The notes under the pieces were generated by a model, which was given only the letters and a program-made list of their open reading frames with translations, had not been told where the DNA came from and did not search any database. This document shows positions 1 to 13,944 of a stretch of 64,000 nucleotides of DNA, one piece after another. The DNA comes from Adineta vaga (Eukaryota > Animalia > Rotifera): the NCBI GenBank assembly GCA_021613535.1, contig CP075494.1, positions 8,680,001 to 8,744,000 on the forward strand, in the 5' to 3' direction. A program made the position numbers and the translations under genes. The stretch's first letter is position 1, and every line of letters begins with the position of its first letter.

Positions 1-2
1 TT

Positions 3-143
3 ATTCTTCATAAATTATATTTACCACAATTACCACCACCACCTATAACAGGAATAAAAACACCAGATACTCGAACATTTTCCCGAAAAATAAGTGATAA
101 AGCAAAAGATTTTTTGAAGACGTCAAAGAATGACACATTATGA
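3..143 (+). CDS. 3' end of an upstream gene entering the window (product unknown)
   Basis: Open frame ILHKLYLPQLPPPPITGIKTPDTRTFSRKISDKAKDFLKTSKNDTL ends at TGA 141-143 and is followed by AT-rich UTR-like sequence. Confidence 0.35.
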   Translation: MLHKLYLPQLPPPPITGIKTPDTRTFSRKISDKAKDFLKTSKNDTL

Positions 144-389
144 TCTCGTTTGTTTGTTGATATTTTGTATAAAAAATATAACTTGTTATCGTTAAGATTC
201 TTTTTTCTTGAAGAAAAAAATTAATAAGATTTGTTTTTCTTTCTGCTTATAGATAATGAATTATATGATTACGATGGAATGTGTCTCAGAATTTAAATTC
301 AACTTTAGATAAAGCATCGGAGACGGTTTCTCTTTTCTCTACAATGATCAAAAAATTCTAGATATAACTATTTTGTCAATAATTCGGCG

Positions 390-1760
390 ATGACAGCAGC
401 TAATGATAATATACTGTTAATAACTGCCGGTTATGATCGAACCATACGATTTTGGAATGCCAATAATGCGGCGGTTTATCGAACTATTATGCATGAAGAT
501 TCCGTAAGTTTTTTCGAAAAGGAACTCATGTGCAGCTATAAATTCTTGTGCTTTTTTTAATATTTAGCCAACGAATTGTTTAGCGATACATCCACAGAAA
601 ACTTTGCTCGCAGCCGGTAGTCATCAACATATAAAAATGTACGATTTAATGTCTAATAATCCCAATCCAGTGATGAAATTAGATCAACTACAGAAGAATA
701 TAGTGACATTAGGTTTTAGTGAAGAACGAAATTTTATGTTTTCAGGCGGAGAAGATCATTGTGTGAGAATTTGGGATATGAGGTTTGAAAAGAAATTGTT
801 CTTTTTATACTTTAATCAATTGAATTGAATTACATAGAGCGGCAAAAACAAAAGCTCATCGACAGACAACAGTCAATGCTTCTGTTAATTGTGTAACACT
901 TCATCCAAATCAAGTTAGTTTTTATAATTTGAAAATTCTTTATCTAATGTTGATACTAACATAGGCAGAATTATTAATCGGTGATCAAGATGGAACAATC
1001 TATCGATGGGATATGGCTGGCGATAAACATGAAACATATGTATGATTATTTGATTGAAAGTTTCTATTTTCTATTGAACCAATTTTCTTTTAGACTATTG
1101 ACGCCAATAATCCAAGTGCAATTCGATCGATTTCGATTAATCGTGATGCATCTATGATGGCTGCAGTCACTAGTAATGTAAGTCATTGATATGCGAAAAA
1201 TCTTCGTCGACCAAATAGTTTTTGATGTATATAAAATATTTGTTCTTGTACGTATAGGGTAATTGTCAAGTTTGGTCAATGACTGGTTTTGCTGCTCAAA
1301 CACATCTTATACGTCGTACAAATTTCTTAGCACATAAACGTTATGCATTGAAATGTTTATTTTCACCCGATATGACGTAAGTTAAATTTCACTTCGTTTG
1401 TAAATAATTCACTCCCTTGTTTTTAGTTTATTAGCAACAACATCAGCTGATGGTACCGCAAAAATATGGCGTACATCAGATTTGTCCTGTCAGTATGAAT
1501 TAAAACATGATCGTCTACAGAATTGGGTATGGGATTGTGCATTTACATCAGATTCACTTTATCTTGTCACAGGTTTGTGTATTCTATTTTCTTTTTGAAA
1601 TATGTTTTCTTTTTTTATTACACCATTGAACTTTCTTTTAGTATGCTCTGATGGAAAAGCACGTTTATGGTCAGCAGATACTGGTGATATTGCAAAAGAA
1701 TATATAGGACACCAGAAACCTGCGACTTGTTTAGCCTTTGATGATCGACCAGCTCGTTGA
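390..1760 (+). CDS. MLST8: TOR complex subunit LST8 (WD40), multi-exon
   Basis: Spliced translation [24 protein letters not shown]...[13 protein letters not shown]...[13 protein letters not shown]...[14 protein letters not shown]...[13 protein letters not shown]...WVWDCAF...[13 protein letters not shown] matches LST8; canonical short introns. Confidence 0.93.
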
Positions 1761-2358
1761 TCGTATCGTAATATTTGTATATATAAGACAGAGTATTTTA
1801 AAAATCATTTTATTGTAAAAATCCTTTGAAAAATTGAATTTATTACATGGAATGATGTTCCTTTTTGATACTCTATCGTTATCGTGAAGTTTTCAGTTGA
1901 GAGAACTGTTTGTCTTAATTAACATCTTTCTGAGAATATAAGAAATTTTATGAAGAAGATTATTTCTCATTCAAATAATCTTGCTCTACGTTAATCAATT
2001 AATCATGTTTTGAAATTCAAGGCGGAATTATAAACGATATTTAATTACAAAGTTAAGAGGGGGATGTGCTGTGCTTTCAGTCATGATAAAATGAAAAGAA
2101 TTTTTCTTGTTTCTGATGGCCGATTACTAGCGACATCTAATAAAATTTTGACTGCACAAGTATTTTGTGAGTACTGCCATGGTGTTTGTTTAGTCAACCT
2201 CTCATTTTATTGCTAACTTTCCTTGGGTTATTAGCAGTACATCGAGTCATCGTTCGTCCATTGTTATTCTTCCTTCCAGATACATTCTTTTTAAAATAAA
2301 ATTATTGAATTTTTATTCTAGATCTCGTTCCATTCTGTCTCTTTATTTAACTAACAAT

Positions 2359-4169
2359 ATGGTGCAGACAAGTCCCACTCCCACCCCATTCGATGTAAAT
2401 TTTTAATTTTTTTTCTCTTATTTCTTTCGATTGTGAAATCTTTTTAATTGAAATTTTTCCAGGTGGGTCGTGCATTCGTTCATCAATACTATACATTATT
2501 ACATCAAGCTCCTCATTTACTTCATCGGTAACTGTTTTTTTAATTGTTTTTTTTTATCAGTTATTTATTTCTTTTTGTTTGTTTTTAAAGATTTTATTCA
2601 ACGGATAGTACATTCATTCATGGTGGTGTCGATCGTCCAGGTTCAATTGAACAACCAGCAGTTGGTCCGGAAGATATTTCTCGACGGATCAATGGTTTGA
2701 ATTTACGTGATTGTCACGCTAAAATTCGTCAAGTTGATTCGCATCCAACCATTGGCAATGGAGTAGTCGTCCAGGTCACCGGTGAGCTATCAAATAATGG
2801 TGATCCGATGCGTCGTTTCATGCAAACGTTCGTTTTGGCACCACGACTACCCAAAAAATACTACGTACAAAATGACATCTTCCGTTATCAAGATGAAGTT
2901 TTTGATGATGGTTCAGATGAAGATGATGGGTCAAGTTCACAAATCTATGGTGATACGGTAAATAACATATATCGTATATATATATATTTCTTCTTCATCA
3001 TTGATTTAGGATAAGGTTTCAAATGCCGATTCATCAGCTGCAGTTACACAACAACCAACAGTGGTCAAAGTTCCACCACGACCACCAGTTGAAGAACAGC
3101 AACATCAGCCATTACCTCCACGCAATACAGGTAATCAACAACAGGTCATTCCCAATCAACCGGTTCTACAACAGCAAACAGAAACGCCTTTGTAAGTTTA
3201 TAAAATATTTATACGAAGTAGATAAATATCGTTTCCATAGAAATGGTATTAATGAGTCAAGTGGTTTCAATGGACAACAACAACCACAACAACAACAAAA
3301 TACACAAGAGAATCAACCACTTGCTAAACCAGCACCAACATCAACTGAAGGAGCATCCTATGCTGGTATTGCTAAATTACATTCAGCATCAGGTCCAACA
3401 TCAAATGCAAATCCAGCTAATTCAGTTACAGTTCCACCAGTTCAACAAATAAATACAGCTCGTCCATCAACAGCAGGTAAGCCAGTACCTAATCAACAAC
3501 GACCTAGTAGTGGTCATTATCAACAAAATAATCGTGGAAATCAATGGAATGATTCCAATGGACCACACGATCAAAGTTCTAACCGTCGTTCAGGTGGTAA
3601 TGCAGCAGCTAATGAAAATCAAGTCTTTGTGGGATCATTACCAGCAGAATTTACTCATCAAGATTTAATTGAATGTTTTTCACAATTTGGTCGTGTTCGT
3701 GAAGCAAGAATTCATCGACCGCCAAATGATAATAAAAAAGTGAGTTGTTTGAATTTTTCTGAAGAAAAATATTCGAATCAAATCTTTCCTTTTCTCCAAA
3801 TAGAACTATGGTTTTGTTATCTTCGAAGATCCAGAAGTTGCAGCAACCGTTGTCCGATCTGAACATGTCGATTATCAAAATACTCGATTGAATATTGAAC
3901 CAAAAACACAAAAAAGCTATCAAGGAAATCCAAATCATGCACCACAAGGAAATGGTCGAAATAACTATCCACCACGAAATGGAGGAGGCGGTGGAATGAA
4001 TCGAGGAGGAAATCGTGGCGCATATCGTGGTAATGGAAGCAATCCACGACGAGGTGGTGGCGGTTCATATTATAACAAACCAGCATTTGTCCCCGATGAG
4101 AATTATAAAGTTCAACAGCCATCAGCACAACAACAACAACAACAACAACAATATCAACAACAGCAGTAA
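2359..4169 (+). CDS. G3BP: Ras GTPase-activating protein-binding protein (G3BP/rasputin)
   Basis: NTF2-like domain (VGRAFVHQYYTLLHQAP...GVVVQVTGELSNNGDPMRRFMQTFVLAP...YYVQNDIFRYQDEVF), then acidic and Pro/Gln regions, an RRM (QVFVGSLP...NYGFVIFED) and an RG-rich tail. Confidence 0.95.
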
Positions 4170-5852
4170 TTAAATGAAGATGAACGGATGATTTTTTTCT
4201 CTCTTTCTCTCTTTCTCTCTGTGTGTGTTTATTTAACTTTGATTTGAACAGTTGCAACAATGGATATGTGTGCGTACGTGTGTTTTCTGATTGCTTTTTT
4301 CCTTATTTGTTTTATATGAATTTGATATATTATGGCGCGAGAACATCGCCAATACAAAAAAAACACAATTCTTGTCTTTCAAAAATCATCCACTGCTTCT
4401 TTCCTTTACTTTTTGTTTGTTTGTTTGTTTGTCTTCTTTATTGAAAATGCTGTCAGTTTCCTTGTTTCTTCTTGTCCTTTTTTTTTGTATACATTAAAAC
4501 ATATGCACCAAGACGATTCAACCGGACAAATGGATGAAAACGACATACAGCTAAATGTGAATAAAATGATGAACGTAAACAAGAATATAATTGGTCATCA
4601 GATATCATTTTAGGAAGTACATATATATATATATGTTAACCTATTTTAATGTTTTAAATACATTTTATTTGATTAATTTGATATAGTTACAATAATTCAA
4701 ACATAGTATCCTCATTTAGTTTCTCTGAAAGTTGATTCTTTCAATTCATGAGTTCACAGACATATATTTTATTTATATAAAGACTTTCTATAGGGAGCAC
4801 TCGATGCATGAAGCAACAAAAAGGAGTATAACACTTCATGGGAGTATGTATGTTGTCTAGGGTTATTACGTCCACATCTATAATTAATCAATAAGTTTGT
4901 TTATCATCGATTATGATAGAAAATATTGAGAAAGTGGTTTTTGAAAAAAAATTTCTTACATTTCTTATTTTTTATTATTATCATATGAAAAACACATTAG
5001 ATATTCAGAAGTTAGGTATATATATATATATCCTTAATCCATTCTTCAACACATTCGATTCAAAAAAAAACAAAAGCACTCGAGGCAAGTATCATCACTG
5101 AAGCAAAAGATTCAAAATGACAGATCATATGCAGGCACTCATTGACACATTCTTTACTTGTCACCATGATAAAATCATGGGTCAAAACACATATCGATAC
5201 ACCTTAATCTCGGTATTCATAAAAATATCGATTGATAAGAGTTCGATCTAATGTTAGAAATAGTTTTGGTACTCTACTACTACTCAAATTAATCATCCGG
5301 TTCTACTATGCCATACTGATTGTTATCAACGATAAGATCGAACGTCTTCGTAGCTTCAGATTTCTATAATGATTTGTTAGAGAACACGAACAATTGTTTT
5401 GTCTGCATTTGAGGATGTATCATTAATGATATGAATATCCGAAGACGTTTAACAAAGGATAATTTTACTTAATAATTCTATCTAAAAACACCGAATAGAT
5501 AAAGATAATATTGTATTTATATTTATATATATGTATACGTGTGTGTGTGTGTGCTGCATTAATTGTTTTAATAAAAGTGTAGTTTTTTCTGTTTTCTGGA
5601 AATGATAATGACAACGAAAAGACAAACAATCATGAATGAACTGAAAGAAAGAAAGAGAAAGAGAAAGAGAGAAACCACACACACAATGTACAGGTAAAGA
5701 AAAATAAGAGCAACGACAATTACAATGTAGAAAAAAAAGAAGAAATTTGAATCGATTCTGAGAACGAGAATAAGTTCATCATTTCTTATATGACGGTATT
5801 TTTCTCTCTATCGATAGAATTAAAAATTAGAAAAAAAAGAATTTCTTTTTTG

Positions 5853-6945
<1,093 letters not shown>

Positions 6946-7424
6946 TCAACCGTCATTGGACTTAACTTAATGCCACTATAATGATGGTGTAGATCAGCTG
7001 ATTGTTATAAACATATTGTGACATCTATGAAAGCATGATTTGTCATAGAAAATGAAAGTTTATATTACTATTTCATTTCATACACTAGTCTAGTTGAGGA
7101 CAATTTTAGTATTCTACAAAATAATGATGACGAATTGATGAGTCTTTAACGATTCATAATACAAGTATGACGTGTAAAAAACGATTCATGGCAAAAAAAA
7201 CGTTTTTTACATGTATTTGTCAGTCAAATAAGAATTGGACATAAATTTCTACTAATGGTATTTGTTGATGAAATATTTACTTTGATATTTGTTTACAGAT
7301 TATTAATTTGAAGATTCATAATAATAAAAATGATATTTCATAGAAAAGTTTTTCATAATTGAAATGATCAAAGTAAATTATTTCAATTCTAAGATATAAA
7401 TTGATAAATTCATTTTTTTTCTAG

Positions 7425-7895
7425 TAACTGGTGCAACAAGTGGAATTGGTTATCATTTAGCTCGATTATTTGATCTTGATAAATATGGAATTATTCTTGT
7501 TTCACGAACTGAATCTGATTTAAATAAAATATCAGAAGAATTTATATTAAAATATCATTGTCCACAAGTTGATGTTATTCAAAAAGATTTATCAAAATCA
7601 AATTCAGCATTAGAATTATATCGAGAAATTAAAGATAAATATTATTTCAATTGTTGAATTAATAAAATATATTTTATCTGAAATGATTGAAAGAAATGAA
7701 GGAAAAATTTTAATGATTGGAAGTATTTCTTCATTTCAACCAAATCCATTTTTAGCTTCTTATTCAGCTACAAAAGCTTTTATTTCTAATTATACTGATG
7801 CACTTATTCAAGAATTAAAACATACAAATGTTACAGCAACTTTACTTATTTCAAATGAAATTGTCTATTCGAAAACATCGCTTCGAATTATTTAG
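7425..7895 (+). pseudogene. Short-chain dehydrogenase/reductase pseudogene, bacterial type
   Basis: TGATSGIG Rossmann motif and YSATK catalytic motif are present. The central NNAG segment is missing, there is a stop after EIKDKYYFNC, and the C-terminus is truncated. Confidence 0.8.
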
Positions 7896-8006
7896 AGATT
7901 TTTTATTTGGATTTGTACTGAATAACATTTTCTTTTTTTTATCTCTCTCTATATATACCAATGATATTGAGTACGATATTTCTTATTAAAGGTAAATCTT
8001 TTAAAA

Positions 8007-9032
8007 ATGAATTTTGCTTCACAAATCGCTGATCCTCGTGATATATTGTTAAAAATAACAGCAACAACTGTATATGGTTCAGATTTACATTTATATAATA
8101 ATACAATGCTTGATATGCATGATGGTGATATACTTGGTCATGAATTTATGGGAATCATTGAACAAATTGGTGATCAAGTTAAAAATTTAAAAATTGGACA
8201 ACGTGTTGTTGTTGCTTTTAATATTGATCTTTGTAAACGTGAAGAATATTCTGTTTGTGATACAAAAAATCCATCAAAACTTCAAGAGAAACTTTATGGA
8301 CAAAAAAACTGCTGCACTTTTTGGTTATTCACAATTAACAGGTGGTGTACCTGGTGGGCAAGCTGAATATGTTCGTGTACCATTTGCTGATATAAATTGT
8401 TTACCTACTCCAGATGATATACCTGATAATAAAGCACTTTATTTATCTGATATTATTCCAACAGTATATCATGGTTGTGAGATTGGAAATGTTAAAGAAA
8501 ATTCAACTGTTGCTATTTGGGCTTTAGGACCAATTGGTTTAATTGAAGCACGTTGTTGTCAAATTATTTGGTATTGATTCGATTTCTGAAAGAATTGATT
8601 TAGCTAAAAATTAGGTATTGAATCAATTAACTTTCAAGAATTTGATACAACAAAAAAATTACTTGAAATGATTCCTGGTGGTGTTGATTGTTCATTAGAA
8701 GCGGTTAGTTTTGATTATACTAAATCATTACTTCATAAAGTTGAACGTTTTCTTAATTTAGAAACAGATGCTGGAGATATTTTAACTGAAATGATAACAT
8801 GTACAAGAAAAGCTGGTACAATATCAATTATTGGTGTTTATAATAATAGTGTTAATCATTTTCCTATTGGACCAATGATGGAAAAACATTTAACTATTAC
8901 TGGTGGACAATCTTATACACAGAAACATTGGAGATTTTGTTTAGAAAAAATTCGTTCTGGTGAAATGGATCCAAATTTTGTTATTTCACATAATTTAACA
9001 CTTAATTAAGTACCTGATTATTATAAACATTG
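8007..9032 (+). pseudogene. Zn-dependent alcohol/formaldehyde dehydrogenase-like (YbdR/FDH-like MDR) pseudogene
   Basis: GSDLHLY, GHEFMG, GGVPGGQAEYVRVPFAD and LSDIIPT motifs are split across three ORFs by frameshifts (~8305, ~8565-8610). The catalytic Cys is replaced (VYGSD instead of ICGSD), part of the structural-Zn Cys cluster is deleted, and there is a premature TAA at 9007-9009. Confidence 0.88.
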
Positions 9033-9369
9033 AATTGAATTTTTGTAAATAAAATTTGATAAGAGATAATAGACGTGAGTTTTCTGATTGTATGATTGAT
9101 GGATTTGAAGCATCATTGACATTGAATGAGATCAAATAAATAGAAAAATATATTTTCCAGTAATGAAATTGATAAATATTTCTTCTTTTGAATTACAGAA
9201 AAAACAAAAAATCAAATATTATTTTCATTTCTCAATATTCAAATGAGCATCGAACAAAAGTTTCCAATTTACAGATCACTTGTAATTAAAAAAAATAATC
9301 ATAATCTATTCAAGATAAAAGTATCTGAACATTTCATAATAAGAGGCAACGAATCCGAGTGCGAAAGAA

Positions 9370-11400
9370 CATTATTTTCACATAAATAATAGTTTATAAA
9401 TTTTAGATTTTGATACAATATTTACTTACCGAAACGTATATCGAGTATTGAATAAGAAGAATAAATATCCATACAATTTTAATTAATATGATAATTGGTA
9501 AAATATACCCAATTATCCGTAAGGAATAATTTGTTGAATACTATAAATAATTGAAGATCTAGACTAATTTACTTAACAGATATCGGATACATACGTTAAG
9601 ATCAATGGTTGATTTTAAAAAGATGAGCATAAGCATGAAATACGATATCCAACCAGGAATAACGATTACTGGACTATAAAAAAACCATTGTGGATTTGTT
9701 TGATGAGATTCAGATGATAAATTCATTGAAGTGTGTTTATTATCCATCTAAAATAATATACGAAAAAATAAAAATGATATTTAATAGTTTAAAAGAATGA
9801 TCTGACTAGCACAGTAATGAATATAAAAGAAGATATTGTAAATGAACAGATTTAACAAATAGTATATCATATTTTTTTAAAACATGCTATTTTAAAATGT
9901 TCAATCATATGAAGTTTTAAACTGAATATCGTGTCTGTGCAGATGGTTCTGATAACGAAATAGAACTATTTGTAGGATCAATTGTACATTGAAAAGAAGT
10001 TGGATCTTCCATCATTTCGTCAGTTTCTTCCGATATTGGATTCATTAATCGAGTTCGATCTTTCTTTCTGAATATGACAGTTACATTTTGAATATCGACA
10101 CCTACTGTCTGGAATTTAAAACAACAAATATCGATCGAAAAAAAAGTCCAAACAGAAAGGAAGATTATCTATAAAAATTAGAACAAATAAATTAACACGA
10201 AGAAAAGTAATTTTACCGTACCATTTCACTAATTAATTTTGAATCAGTTTTACCCAATTTGCTTTCTATTATGAGAAGAACACAAATACCAGTATTTAAT
10301 ACCAATAGTAACGTACGAAATAAATATGCCTAAAAAGGAAATCTAAAAAAAAGAATTTTCACATTTGATTTGTCTTAAGCTATATTAAAAAGAAATTCGA
10401 ATTCTTTTAAATTTTCATTTCCTTTAAAATATACTTACACGATTTGAATATAAATGAAAACATGTTCTTCCATGAAAAGGTTTCTTTCGTTTTGACAATA
10501 AAAAATAATGAAATTTACAAGTAAACATCACGAGAGAATATACTAAATGGAGTACAGCACATTACATTATCACTTTATGTAACACAGCAATAGTATTGGC
10601 GTGTTTACCAAGAGCAAATGAAGAATCTTTCATAAAATCATCAATACAATGTTTGGAATTGATAAACATAAATCCAACGATTAATATCTAGAAAAAGAAC
10701 ATGGAAAAATAGATCATGTTTTCTTTCTGTAAATAACAGGAGACAGACATCTGACTCACCAAAGGCAACATGTATGACCATACATAATACCAAATTAATT
10801 TTCCATAAGTTTTTCATTCACTAATTCTTCCCAGTTCGGTTTCCATTTTATTCTATAAAGAAAAAGAGAAATAAACGAGATGAAGTTGTATCAATGCACT
10901 TTTCAAATATATAGTTCATCATATAGAAAAGACATTCATTTTGTTCCAATAAACAAATAGCAAAAAAACACCAATTGGCCGATTAGTATACCATTGTATC
11001 TCCCAAGCAGACAAGCAACGAAAAATAACGCGTAGCAGCCGCACATTTTAACGATATTATTTTCGTTAGAATTTCAACGCGTTAAAGCACGTTTTTTTCG
11101 TGGAAAAAGTGCCTTTTTCAAGGAATAATAGCGATAATATATAAACCCGGGTGTCTTATACGTGATCTCTATTATTCTTAGCAACATAAGCCTATAGATA
11201 ATAACAATCATGTCTTGAAAAAGTCACTTTTTCTACGGAAAAAACGAGCTTTAACGCGTTATTTTTCGTTGCTTGTCTGCTTGGGATATCTATCATTTAT
11301 CTCAAGTATACTCTCATTGATAATTATGAGTTGGAAAGAAACTATAGTGGACGATTCACTATGATGTAATTCAAACAAGTTAAATAATCATTGTCTATCT
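9370..11400 (-). pseudogene. Degraded multi-exon membrane-protein gene (possibly GPCR-like), interrupted by a MITE
   Basis: GT-AG-bounded exon remnants encode hydrophobic segments (KLIWYYVWSYMLPLILIVGFMF; AYLFRTLLLVLNTGICVLLII; WFFYSPVIVIPGWISYFMLMLIFL) with several in-frame stops. Boundaries are approximate. Confidence 0.4.
11001..11286. mobile_element. MITE (non-autonomous DNA transposon), 286 bp
   Basis: Perfect terminal inverted repeats TCCCAAGCAGACAAGCAACGAAAAATAACGCGT, extending imperfectly to about 70 bp; TATC on both flanks (candidate 4-bp TSD); no coding capacity. Confidence 0.88.
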
Positions 11401-11799
11401 AGTTAATTTCTATTAAAACAATAGTTCTCCTTTGAATAGTAACGAAATATGATGATTTCTTTTTTATCGCAGTGTATAGTAGTTCGTAGATAGTTGAAAT
11501 CATTTTAGACACCGGTACATAACGCCCTCTTTTCTCTTTCTTCTTATTCTGCATTAAAGGCAAGCTACACTTTAATACAATGGCTGATTCTCTCACACTC
11601 AGCTCAGTATCGTACCGTCAAAAAATATTTACCTAATTTCGTCGATTTCATCATCCTAAGCTCTTTTGCTGATGCATAATTTCAATTATTTATCATTTAC
11701 ATTTATATGTTTTTTTCCCGCTTGATTCCCTTTCAGATCACTAATACATATATATATATACACTCTAACAGTTAAAGTAACTAAAATCTAAAATCAAAC

Positions 11800-13640
11800 A
11801 TGACTACATATGAGACCTCTGGTCAACCTCATTTGGCCAAACAATCTATAGCTGAAATGGTTTGCGAAAGAAACTATGAATTACTTTGCAATTCTTATTT
11901 ATTTTTCTTTCATTTAGAATCCTAGTCAATTATCACCATTGACGCCCGAAGTTATCAGTCGACAAGCAACAATCAATATCGGTACAATTGGCCATGTCGC
12001 ACATGGTAAATCAACAGTTGTTAAATCATTATCTGGTGTATTGACAGTTCGATTTAAAAATGAGAAAGAACGTAATATTACTATTAAACTAGGTTATGCG
12101 AATGCTAAGGTAAAACAATAAAATATTTTTGTTCAATCTATGGATTTTGAAAATAGATATTTGAATGTGACAATGAGAAATGTCCTCGACCAGAACGTTT
12201 TCGTTCAGCTGGTTCCAGTAAAGAAGATGTCTTTCCGTGTGATCGAACAGGATGTGGTGGTCAATTTCGACTTGTTCGACATGTTTCATTTGTTGATTGT
12301 CCTGGTCACGATATTCTGATGGCAACTATGTTGAACGGTGCCGCTGTTATGGATGCTGCGCTGTTATTGATTGGTAAAGATTAATTTTGTTTTTGCTTAC
12401 TGAAATGAAAAGAGGAAATGTTCTTTGTTTAGCTGCCAATGAAACTTGTCCACAACCGCAAACATCTGAACATTTAGCAGCTATTGGTATCATGAAATTG
12501 AATTCAATATTGGTCTTACAAAATAAAATTGATCTTGTGAGAGAAACGCAGGCAAAAGAACAATATCAACAAATCATTGATTTTGTTAAAGGTGTGTATT
12601 TTTCGAATTGGTTCTTGACTAAAAATAGTTGACTGAATAATAATTATTTTTAGGCACAAATGCTGAAGGTGCCCCAATTATTCCGATCAGTGCTCAACTT
12701 AAATACAATATTGAAGTTATTTGCGAATACATTACAAGAAAAATTCCAATTCCATTACGTGACTTTTCATCAAAACCAAGATTGATTGGTAAGAGAAATC
12801 ATCAAGGAAATGATTGCGTTGTTTGAAACTAAACGATTATAAATTGATTGTTAGTTATTCGTTCGTTCGATGTGAATAAGCCTGGAGCCGAAGTTGACGA
12901 TCTGAAAGGTGGTGTTGCTGGTGGTAGTATTCTTAAAGGTGTTCTTAAAGTAAGTAAAATCTTCTTTGGAAGAGAATGATCAATTCGATATTGTATGAAT
13001 TAGGTTGGTCAAGAAATTGAAGTTCGACCTGGTATCGTTTCAAAAGATAATGAAGGTCGTCTTCAATGTCGTCCACTTCTTTCAAAGATTGTATCACTTT
13101 ACGCTGAACAGAATGATCTTGCCTATGCTGTACCTGGTGGATTGATTGGTGTTGGAACGAAAATTGATCCAACTTTATGTCGTGCTGATCGTCTTGTTGG
13201 TCAAGTACTTGGTGAAGTTGGAGCATTGCCAGAAATTTATACAGAAATTCAAATCACTTATTTTCTTCTTCGACGTCTTGTTGGTGTTAGAACAGAAGGT
13301 GATAGAAAAGGCGCCAAGGTGAATTTCTATCCCATAGTTAAATCATCTTTGAGTATTATGCTTGAGTTTTTCGTCTTAGGTTGCGAAATTAACGAAAAAT
13401 GAAATGTTAATGGTTAATATTGGTTCGTTAAGTACTGGTGGTCGTGTCTTGGCTATCAAAGATGAATTAGCAAAAATTCAGTTGACAAATCCAGTTTGTA
13501 CGGAAGTATTCGAAAAGATTGCTTTAAGTCGTCGTGTTGATAAAAATTTCCGTTTAATTGGTTGGGGTGAAATTCGACGAGGAACAGTGATTAAACCACA
13601 AGTGGAAATTCCTACACAACGAACAGCTACTAGCAATTAA
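11800..13640 (+). CDS. EIF2S3: Translation initiation factor 2 subunit gamma
   Basis: [91 protein letters not shown]...LIGWGEI. Confidence 0.98.
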
Positions 13641-13944
13641 AAACAAACACACAACATGCATTATTTCTTGCTTGTCTTTCGAATAGTTGTTGTTGTTGTT
13701 ATTGTAGGCAATGGAATGTATAACGTTACGTTTTTTATTAAACAAAACAAGAGAGTGTTATATGCTCGATAACATCATTTATTAAACAAGCATTTGTTTC
13801 GAATGTAGACTATTTCTTGAATATTTTCAAAGTGAATATTCTATTCTCTACTTCACAAAAATTCAGTTCCAAGACATCAAGAGAGAAACTCTATTAGTTT
13901 GTGTTCTTTATTCGAAAAGTTTTCATCGATATCAAGTAAAAATT

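Noticed and set aside
3651-4613. Hydrophobic ORFs antisense to G3BP or in its 3' UTR
   Set aside because: They arise from CAA repeats and T-rich UTR sequence, not real membrane proteins.
4750-5460. Possible decayed coding sequence between the G3BP and Rab14 3' ends
   Set aside because: No sustained frame or recognisable motif on either strand.
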